Position numbers and translations under genes: made by a program. Below, piece after piece: positions 1-6,392 of a DNA stretch of 6,676 nucleotides; the stretch's first letter is position 1, and each line of letters starts with the position of its first letter. Below the pieces are notes generated by a model. It was not told where the DNA came from, did not search any database, and saw only the letters and a program-made list of their open reading frames with translations. This DNA is from Octopus sinensis (Eukaryota). The DNA lies in assembly GCF_006345805.1 (NCBI RefSeq), contig NW_021829262.1:1-6676 (forward strand). Reading direction: 5' to 3'.

Positions 1-40
1 GGCTCTTCCTTTCGTTTATCCACACACCTACGTGTGTGTG

Positions 41-83
41 TATATGAATATATATAGAATATATATATATATATATATATATA
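41..83. repeat. (TA)n microsatellite, imperfect at its 5' end
   Basis: Direct reading: tatatgaatatatatagaatatatatatatatatatatatata. Confidence 0.9.
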
Positions 84-276
84 ATGAGTAGCACCTGTAT
101 TTCAAAAGGACAGCCTTGTCACATTCTGTGTCACCACGCTGAATCTCCCTGAGAACTTACGTTAAGGGTACGCATCTCTATGGCGTGCTCAGCCACTTGC
201 ACGTTAATTTCACGAGCAGGCTGTTCCGTTGGTCGGTTCAACTGGAACCCTCGTCGTCGCAACCGACGGAGTGCCA
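83..276 (+). mobile_element. 5'-truncated SINE (3' part of an octopus-type tRNA-derived SINE)
   Basis: GC/CpG-richer block aatgagtagcacctgtatttcaaaaggacagccttgtcac...ggaaccctcgtcgtcgcaaccgacggagtgcca. It matches my recollection of the 3' half of an abundant octopus SINE. No Pol III head is present and the block abuts (TA)n. The family assignment is from memory only. Confidence 0.55.
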
Positions 277-471
277 GTTAAGTATATTGTTGGCGTCATA
301 GGAATTTAGAAACTTGGAGAGCGTGAAATGATTTTATATAGGAACGGCGGGAATGTACAGGTACATAGATGTATATATGAACGTTCGTACATATTCACAA
401 CATATTTTCTAACTGGTTTCTGTATGCCGTTTCATATTGTATTCATATATAGGCGTTATTTGTCATGAAAA

Positions 472-689
472 GGCGGCGAGCTGGCAGAAACGTTAGCACG
501 CCGGGCGAAATGCTTAGCAGTATTTCGTCTGAGTTCAAATTCCGCCGAGGTCGACTTTGCCTTTCATCCTTTCGGGGCCGATAAATTAAGTACCAGTTAC
601 GCACTGGGGTCGATATAGTCGACTTAATCCGTTTGTCTGTCCTTGTTTGTCCTCTCTGTGTTTAGCCCCTTGTGGGTAGTAAAGAAATA
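472..689 (+). mobile_element. Full-length tRNA-derived SINE with target-site duplication
   Basis: A-box-like TGGCAGAAACG (482-492) and B-box-like GAGTTCAAATTCC (531-543). Central block GTCGACTTTGCCTTTCATCCTTTCGGGGCCGATAAATTAAGTACC (550-594) resembles the Meta-SINE central domain as I recall it. Flanking direct repeats gttatttgtcatgaaaa (455-471) and gttatttgtgatgaaca (690-706) match at 15/17. A homologous copy lies at 1392-1597 on the minus strand. Confidence 0.9.
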
Positions 690-1370
690 GTTATTTGTGA
701 TGAACAGACCTTCGTAACAGTTCAGAAGAAGAATTAGCTTTAACTACGTGTTACCCCATAAAATTTGTGTCATTTTATGTTGCTTTTTATTTTGTCAACT
801 AAGGACTTTAACATATTTGAGTGTCCACCTCATTACCTTAGAGTGGAAAAAATAAGGATTGTTTTAACATATTTAATAGATTTTGCAAACATTGTTTAGT
901 CGTAATGTAATATGGCTTCCTCTGGGAAGAGTGAAGAAACGTTAGCCGCAAACGTTGTAGTAATGGATATGATCCCCACTTCGCTACGTCAACCTTACTT
1001 GAGATTTAGAAACCAATGCACGGATTTTGAAAAGATAAATAAATTAAAAAATAAAAGGTAGGAAAAAAATCATGACAGTTGAACAAGCAGACACAGTTGT
1101 GAACAGAGTCATTTACACACTTTAACATATGGAAATTTTAAATATGTATATATATATATTAAAACGTAGTGTTAGCCTTAATAACAAAACCACCGACAAC
1201 AGCCATTGCCAGCAATGCGAATCAGAGGGAAGCACTCGACATGGGTCAGATAAAGGAAAGGAAAGAGAAAAGAAAATGTGAATGTGTCACAAAAGACAGC
1301 AAAACTTCTGGGAAGATGAATTCATCAGGGAGAGCGTAAGGAGAAAAATCGGCGTATCTCTGCTTCTCAA

Positions 1371-1391
1371 ACAACAACAACAACAATCATC
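1371..1391. repeat. (CAA)n/(TCA)n short tract at the SINE 3' end
   Basis: acaacaacaacaacaatcatc directly abuts the tail of the minus-strand SINE. Confidence 0.75.
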
Positions 1392-1597
1392 ATTTCTACT
1401 AAAGGCACAAGGCCTGAAATTTTGTAGGAGGGAACTAAGTCGATCACATCGAGCCCAGTTTTTGATTAGTACTTAATTTATCGACCCCGAAAGGTTGAAA
1501 GGCAAAATTCAACCTTGGCGGAATTTGAACTCAGAATGTATACGATGGGTGACATACCGCTAAGCATTTCGCCTGGCATGCCATAACGATTTTGCCA
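1392..1597 (-). mobile_element. tRNA-derived SINE, same head and central domain as 472-689 but a different 3' tail
   Basis: The reverse complement reads ggcaaaatcgttatggcatgccaggcgaaatgcttagcggtat...ctgagttcaaattccgccaaggttgaattttgcctttcaacctttcggggtcgataaattaagtact. This aligns clearly to 483-594. The extreme 5' nucleotides are missing. Confidence 0.88.
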
Positions 1598-1662
1598 TAA
1601 TCCGGAGAAGTAAATAACCCAATACCAGTTGTCAAACGGGGAAAGGGGGGGCGGTAAACACA
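1590..1662 (-). mobile_element. Fragment of the CORE-type SINE family seen at 3651-4040
   Basis: 1610-1637 matches 3792-3819 at 20/28 ungapped by manual count, with 6 of the 8 mismatches being transitions. Both are preceded by TTTTGCC and followed by a G-run and then CA-rich sequence. Confidence 0.5.
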
Positions 1663-1676
1663 ATAACAAAAACGCG

Positions 1677-1778
1677 TACACACGCTTACACACATACACA
1701 TACACGCACACACAACACACACATACACACATATGTGCACACGCACACACACGCATATGCACATACACACACGTATGC
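1677..1778. repeat. Imperfect (CA)n/(CACG)/(CATA) compound microsatellite
   Basis: Direct reading. Confidence 0.9.
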
Positions 1779-1979
1779 AAAATTATCTATATTATTCTAC
1801 TCTTCATGACATCCGTGTTTTCGAGTGTTACGCTTTTAAGAACCTAAACCACTGAATAGGATCGTAGATGTGCGACATTATCGATATCTTTAGTATATGG
1901 AACCGATATTATAAAGATTTTCAAATTTATGCAACAAAATAGAAATAGAATATGAAATTTCCAAGTGTTCAGTCACTAA

Positions 1980-2017
1980 AAGAAGAAAGAAAGAAAGAAA
2001 AAAAAAGAAAAGAGAAA
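1980..2017. repeat. (GAAA)n / A-rich purine tract
   Basis: aagaagaaagaaagaaagaaaaaaaaagaaaagagaaa. Confidence 0.8.
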
Positions 2018-2045
2018 GGTAGTTTAGCAATGATTACGGAGGTTT

Positions 2046-2308
2046 ACTTGCCAGGCAAGTGATTTGATCTGAGATCGTCTGTTAAAAGTAAAACGATTGT
2101 AGCACTGGAGACACATGTTAATCATTCCAAAACTCACAAAACGCTGGTACTGTAGTCTCACAACATCAGAACGTTGTCAGTGACCAGGTCGCAGTTCGTG
2201 CGACGAAAATGTTGACACCATATTACAAACAATAACAAATGTTTAATGGAAGTTAACGGACTCTGTGTGCTTCCGAATGATTAACACGTGTCTTCCATGT
2301 TGCAATCG
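2046..2308. mobile_element. Fold-back repeat relic (possible Penelope-like pseudo-LTR or MITE) with internal hairpin
   Basis: 34-nt inverted arms 2094-2127 and 2275-2308 match at 28/34. Internal perfect hairpin gtcgca-gttcg-tgcgac (2188-2204) is followed by GAAA. Palindromes lie at 2046-2060 and 2066-2076. The structure is seen directly; the class is inferred. Confidence 0.45.
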
Positions 2309-2466
2309 ATAGACTGGAGTTTCCCCATTAATCTATTCAAGTCTAAAAAGCAGACATCACTGGAACTGCACCGGAGTGCTTCACAAAAGCATTTTGTATT
2401 AGAAGTTATTTATGTTATAAAGGCACCAAACTAGAGTACTTTTATTATTTCTTTCTATGCTGCAAG

Positions 2467-2588
2467 TTAAAGATATCTTCACTACAAATGGTTTCTGGGG
2501 TTCTGTAGAGAAGTTTCAGTCATGGAGGACAGCTGAGCCTATCGACTATACCTTGTTCATGGATCACACGGATGGGGTTCGTTCCACT
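2467..2588 (+). CDS. Candidate internal host exon (122 nt), unverified
   Basis: Pyrimidine tract and AG at 2465-2466, donor ACT|GTAAGA at 2589. Only one frame is open (KDIFTTNGFWGSVEKFQSWRTAEPIDYTLFMDHTDGVRST), and GC is higher than in the flanks. No homology was confirmed. Confidence 0.3.
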
Positions 2589-2636
2589 GTAAGAAACTAG
2601 GATTATCGTGATGTTTCGTACATAAGACTTCATTTA

Positions 2637-2677
2637 AAAACTTTAAAAACAAAACAAAAAAAAAAACTAAAAAAAAA
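2637..2677. repeat. A-rich tract
   Basis: aaaactttaaaaacaaaacaaaaaaaaaaactaaaaaaaaa. Confidence 0.75.
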
Positions 2678-2713
2678 CATCAGCAGTATTTTATATCTGT
2701 CTAAAAAGATTGT

Positions 2714-2820
2714 TGGATTAGCCGAATCGTTAGAGAATCTGACAAAATATATTTTAGCTACGACTGTTGACGTCCGGAGTTCGAATCCCACTGAAGTCAA
2801 CGTTACCGTTCAACATTCCG
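2714..2820 (+). mobile_element. Old, degenerate copy of the tRNA-derived SINE (head plus start of central domain)
   Basis: A-box-like TAGCCGAATCG (2719-2729) followed by TTAG, then B box GGAGTTCGAATCCC (2776-2789), then gaagtcaacgttaccgttcaacattccg. The last segment is colinear with gaggtcgactttgcctttcatcctttcg of the 472-689 copy. Confidence 0.6.
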
Positions 2821-2962
2821 TAATAAAGAACCATTCGTTCTATTGCCGTTAAAATAATTCACTATACTCACTCAACCCTTAAATTTGAAGCTTTTCTAAT
2901 CTTCGATTTTCTTATTCACAAGTGACATATTTTACGTATGAACAGCACAACTCAAAATTCAC

Positions 2963-3107
2963 CTTTTGCCTTGTCACTGAATCTGTTAGAAATACTAGCC
3001 AATTCTTCCTCAAATCACACATCGCTGTCTTAAGATAATAATATAGATCCTGAGTTTGTCGTAGGTTAGCCTCCACGTAGAAATGAGACTTCCTTTTGAA
3101 ATTCTCC
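2963..3107 (-). CDS. Candidate internal host exon (145 nt), unverified
   Basis: On the minus strand: acceptor TATTTCTTCAG|G, donor AAG|GTGAAT, and an open frame ENFKRKSHFYVEANLRQTQDLYYYLKTAMCDLRKNWLVFLTDSVTRQK. No recognised homology. Confidence 0.3.
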
Positions 3108-3414
3108 CTGAAGAAATACCCAATTGAATGGTTTCGAATATGAGGAATATGAATTGAATTTTATTTCTATAGTTGAATTCATTGGGTATGTAAACAGCTG
3201 TGGGCAGGAATTTCTCCATTTGAATTTGAATGACTTTAGAATAAATAACATCTGTAGGTCAATTTTATCCATTTTCTACATTTTCTGATTCATAATGTTT
3301 TAAAAATTGCTATGTGTTTCGGCGATAAACTAATACGCTTGGTTTTCATTGAACGCTAGTAAAAACAGGAGAACTAGGATGCTTGCATCCCTTAAGGGAA
3401 TTTAGTTCCTTGTC

Positions 3415-3416
<2 letters not shown>

Positions 3417-3474
<58 letters not shown>

Positions 3475-3497
3475 TATGTATGTATGTATGTATGTAT
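3417..3497. repeat. (AAT)19 directly followed by (TATG)5
   Basis: Direct reading: AAT 3417-3473, TATG 3475-3497. Confidence 0.95.
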
Positions 3498-3576
3498 TAT
3501 ATTATATTATATTGATAGGGTGGAAGGAGGGATTTCCGCATGTGTGTTCGTTCTGTCCTACCTTTGATATAGTATT

Positions 3577-3584
<8 letters not shown>

Positions 3585-3625
<41 letters not shown>
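3585..3625. repeat. (TA)n microsatellite
   Basis: Direct reading. Confidence 0.95.
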
Positions 3626-3626
<1 letters not shown>

Positions 3627-3650
3627 GTATGTATTATGTTATATGTCTAG

Positions 3651-4040
3651 CTTGTTTTAGTCATTGGACTGCAGCCATGCCGGACCACCATCTTAAGGAG
3701 CTTAGTCGGTTAAATCGATCCTAGGACTCTTAATTAAAGCGTACTACTTATTCTTTTGGTCTATTTTGCCGAATCGCTACGTTAATGGGACGTGAACAAA
3801 CCGACTCCGGTTGTCAAGCAATTGTGGGGGACAAGCAAGCACCAAGTCAAATAAACGGACACGCACACATACAAACATAGAGGCTGCTTTTATTTTCCAT
3901 CTACCCAATCCACTCACTAGTATTTCGTCGGCTCGGGGCTATAATAGAGGACATTTCTCCAAGGTGCCACACAGTGGGACTGAACCCTAAAGCACGTAGA
4001 CGCAAAGAAAGTTTCATAACCACATAGCCATGCCTGCTCC
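3651..4040 (-). mobile_element. Full-length degenerate tRNA-derived CORE-type SINE (octopus OR2-like, from memory)
   Basis: The minus strand begins ggagcaggcatggctatgtgg. It has an A-box-like motif (plus 4020-4030), a B-box-like GGGTTCAGTCCC (plus 3976-3987), then TGTGTGGCACCTTGGAGAAATG (plus 3952-3973), similar to the MIR CORE segment TGTGTGACCTTGGGCAAGT. The body and tail match a recalled octopus SINE. Confidence 0.8.
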
Positions 4041-4047
4041 TATGTGT

Positions 4048-4061
4048 ACACACACACACAT

Positions 4062-4096
<35 letters not shown>

Positions 4097-4127
4097 ATAT
4101 ATATGTATGTATATGTGTGTGTCTGTG
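4048..4127. repeat. Compound (CA)n-(TA)n-(TG)n microsatellite
   Basis: Direct reading. Confidence 0.9.
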
Positions 4128-4285
4128 TGCAAAAGCTCGACTATCTTAGGAATACATATCTGTTGAATTAGGACTAGATATCAAAGAACTACAGCAAGAA
4201 CTCAAACAAAGCTTCACCAGACAAGAGACACAACACTAAGTCACGAAATAACGATCAAATCCACTTTGGTGCTATGTTCAAATTC

Positions 4286-4347
4286 AATAATAATAATAAT
4301 AATAATATAATAATAATAATAATAATAAAAATAATAATAATAATAAT
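4286..4347. repeat. (AAT)n, 5' flank of the Dong-like insertion
   Basis: Direct reading; about 20 units with two interruptions. Confidence 0.95.
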
Positions 4348-4350
4348 TAT

Positions 4351-4650
4351 CTAGGAAGATCAAGAAGGGAACCGAAATTATCTGAGAATGATCCCTGGCT
4401 TACCATCCCTGCAAGAAGTGCAAAAGATTGTCTTAACTGGTACATCACACGTCATTGAGAGAGAGCATTGTCGATGTGAGAATTATTACTACCCATGTAT
4501 TTTAATTACTTAAAAAAAAAAATTGAACGAACTATTGAGTTTAGTTTAATGGCCTACCAATGTATACTATGAGTTTCTTTGCCCTAGGAGTCGGGAAGAC
4601 ATTCGGCAAGAAATGGAAGCAAATTTGAAAGAAGAAAAAAAAAAAGTAAA
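4351..4650 (+). mobile_element. 5'-truncated R4/Dong-like RLE non-LTR retrotransposon 3' end inserted in (TAA)n
   Basis: 4379-4453 translates to YLRMIPGLPSLQEVQKIVLTGTSHV. It is preceded by frameshifted LG..IKKGTE and followed by frameshifted ALSM* (stop 4477-4479). This fits the C-terminal LG..K.....IPG.PSL.E.QK..L.GT.H.LR motif of R4-clade RLE proteins. About 170 nt of UTR follows, with (AAT)n on both sides. Confidence 0.8.
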
Positions 4651-4695
4651 AATAATAATAATAATTATTATTATTATTGCTATTATTATTATTAC

Positions 4696-4764
<69 letters not shown>
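4651..4764. repeat. (AAT)5 switching directly to (ATT)~33
   Basis: Direct reading; the polarity switch is at about 4665. Confidence 0.95.
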
Positions 4765-5008
4765 CTTTTCTTTCTTCACCACTGAGGGTTTATATAAAAA
4801 GATTGGAGACCGCACAGGACAAAACAACACAAACAAAAAATGAGAGATTTAACCATGTAAAAAAGTAATAACAATGAAATATATTATAACTTGGGTGTTA
4901 CGTTATCATGGAAAGGGACCCTGTGAGACCCTTGACAACAGTTTGTTGCCCACTCTTACAGAATTAACCGGAGCAAGTGAAATCGAGAGTTCTCAGGAGT
5001 GAAATGAA

Positions 5009-5067
5009 AACAACAGCAACAAGAACAACAACGACGATGACGACGACAACGACAACAACAATAATAA
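5009..5067. repeat. Degenerate (ACA/ACG/ATG/ATA)n trinucleotide tract
   Basis: aacaacagcaacaagaacaacaacgacgatgacgacgacaacgacaacaacaataataa. Confidence 0.85.
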
Positions 5068-5440
5068 ATTCAACGACGATCATCGAGAAAAATCGATGAA
5101 AGCATCGCGTGAATGTAAAATATCTTAAAACAAAACAAACAGACGGAAGAAAAAAAAAAACTATTTCTATCAATAAATCTGAAGACCAATAAATCCCCAC
5201 AAAACGTTATAATCTTGTTTACAAAATCACATATTTAAATATTGAATCCTTACAGTCATTCAACGTAGTTAATGTACTTATGGAGGTCTCGTATTTATTT
5301 CATAGCTCTTTTTTTTTGTGTCGAACCGCTAAGTTACATGATATAGAAAAACAAAACAAGAATGTTATTTAGGGTGCTTTCGTAGCATATTCTTAAGAAA
5401 CCTTACGAGTTAATCCAATTATGTATACTTATTCACATGT

Positions 5441-5473
5441 ATACATACATACATACATACATACATACATACA
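5441..5473. repeat. (ATAC)8, 5' flank of RLE copy 1
   Basis: Direct reading. Confidence 0.95.
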
Positions 5474-5743
5474 ACGGATGTTAACATAATGAAGATCAGT
5501 GAAAAAGAGAACACCTATGCTGAACTATTGAGAAATCTGCAGTTATTCTATCCAGATCACAAGTTCTGGTTTATACCTGTAATTATTGGAACCTTAGGAT
5601 ATGTAACACACTGCCTAAATACCAATCTTGAGAAACTGGGCTTCTCAGGATCAGAAAGGAGAAAGCTAATTCGAAGACTGCAGATCCAATACATCACTAG
5701 AACTGTAAAATTCTGTAAAACTTTCCAGAAGTTTATCATTTAG
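5474..5743 (+). pseudogene. Truncated C-terminal RLE endonuclease coding segment (includes the 84-aa ORF 5489-5743)
   Basis: TDVNIMKISEKENTYAELLRNLQLFYPDHKFWFIPVIIGTLGYVTHCLNTNLEKLGFS...CKTFQKFII*. It lacks the RPD catalytic motif, the zinc knuckle and the RT. Confidence 0.8.
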
Positions 5744-5816
5744 ATATATATATGAGCATGTTAGATATGCAACTATATATATGCATGAGAATATATACAT
5801 AAACATACACATCTGC

Positions 5817-5910
5817 ACATACATACATAAACATACATACATACATACATACATACATAATACATACATACATACATACATACATGCATGCATGCGTACA
5901 TACATACATA
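5817..5910. repeat. (TACA)n tract internal to the copy 1 3' UTR
   Basis: Direct reading; the homologous tract in copy 2 is at 6476-6557. Confidence 0.9.
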
Positions 5911-6014
5911 TACTGTTGTTGATGTTGAAATTCCAAAGAAAGGGACCTTGGATCTAGGTTAGAAACTGGTTCTTTTTCTATTGGCAAGAAATCTTGAAAT
6001 AAACTGAATAATAA

Positions 6015-6052
6015 CATGCCTACATACATAATACATACATACGTACGTACAT
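6015..6052. repeat. Degenerate (CATA)n spacer between RLE copies 1 and 2
   Basis: catgcctacatacataatacatacatacgtacgtacat. Confidence 0.85.
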
Positions 6053-6055
6053 TAT

Positions 6056-6392
6056 AGACCTGACATAATGTTTTGGAATGGAGAAGCGAAACTGTGTACA
6101 GTTGCAGAAATCAGCTGCCCAACGGATGTTAAGATAAAGCTAAAGATCAGCGAAAAAGAAAATCCCTACGCTGATCGAAGGAGAAATTTGTAGCTACTCT
6201 ATCCAGATTACAAGTTCAGGTTTCTACCTGTAATTATTGAGGTAGTTGTGATACGTAGCACATTGCCTAAGTACCAATCTTGTGAAATTAGGTTTCTCAA
6301 AATCAGAAAGAAGGTTGTTTTGAAAATTACAGATTGAATCCTTCACAGGAATTGTACAAATCTGTAAAACTTTCCAGAAGTTTATCATATAA
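6056..6392 (+). pseudogene. Disrupted RLE (PD-(D/E)xK-type) endonuclease domain
   Basis: RPDIMFWNGEAKLCTVAEISCPTDVKIKLKISEKENPYADRRRNL*LLYPDYKFRFLPVII...CKTFQKFII*. It has the RPD..E..P..EK...Y pattern of RLE retrotransposons. Stops at 6191-6193 and 6321-6323 and a +1 frameshift near 6250. Confidence 0.85.

Larger units (their letters stand above)
5472..6014 (+). mobile_element. RLE non-LTR retrotransposon 3' fragment, copy 1, in (TACA)n
   Basis: Encodes the RLE C-terminus (EK...Y, FIPVIIGTLG). The 3' UTR has an internal (TACA)n and a terminal segment ending AAAACTGAATAATAA|CAT. It is colinear with copy 2. Confidence 0.85.

Noticed and set aside
472-545. tRNA gene call for the A/B-box regions
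   Set aside because: No cloverleaf can be built, and the boxes continue into SINE body and tail with a TSD.
837-921. Minus-strand segment with strong acceptor (TTCCCAG) and donor (AAG|GTAATG)
   Set aside because: All three frames contain a stop, so it is not a credible internal coding exon.
807-1130. Three copies of TTTAACATAT (807-816, 863-872, 1121-1130)
   Set aside because: A low-complexity AT-rich 10-mer with irregular spacing, plausible by chance.
1282-1847. ORFs 1282-1476, 1478-1780, 1531-1770 and 1629-1847
   Set aside because: They are translations of SINE sequence and CA/CAA microsatellites (poly-Q, CV/HT repeats), with no protein-like signal.
3173-3185. 13-nt micro-exon-like segment (ttctatag|...|gtatgt) on the plus strand
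   Set aside because: Such site pairs are common by chance in AT-rich introns, the length is not a multiple of 3, and there is no other support.
3010-3272. Minus-strand ORFs of 69 and 68 aa
   Set aside because: No recognisable motif. The only frame with good splice sites is the third one, reported separately.
3476-4083. ORFs 3476-3724 and 3901-4083
   Set aside because: They start in TATG/TG repeats and run through (TA)n or SINE sequence.
4129-4285. Possible further Dong-like 3' end upstream of the (AAT)n (caaaagctcgactatcttaggaatacatatc resembles QK..LLG..HI)
   Set aside because: It needs several indels to read as the motif, which is too weak without an alignment. A repeat search is still worthwhile.
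4960-5000. ccggagcaagtgaaatc...ctcagga resembling an antisense SINE head fragment
   Set aside because: Too short and diverged, and supported only by memory.
4567-5200. Poly-I, poly-L and poly-V ORFs
   Set aside because: These are trinucleotide microsatellite read-through, not membrane proteins.
5291-5337. cgaaccgctaagttac similar to the CORE-SINE interior (gaatcgctacgtta, 3771-3784)
   Set aside because: Probably a tiny SINE remnant, but too short to call.
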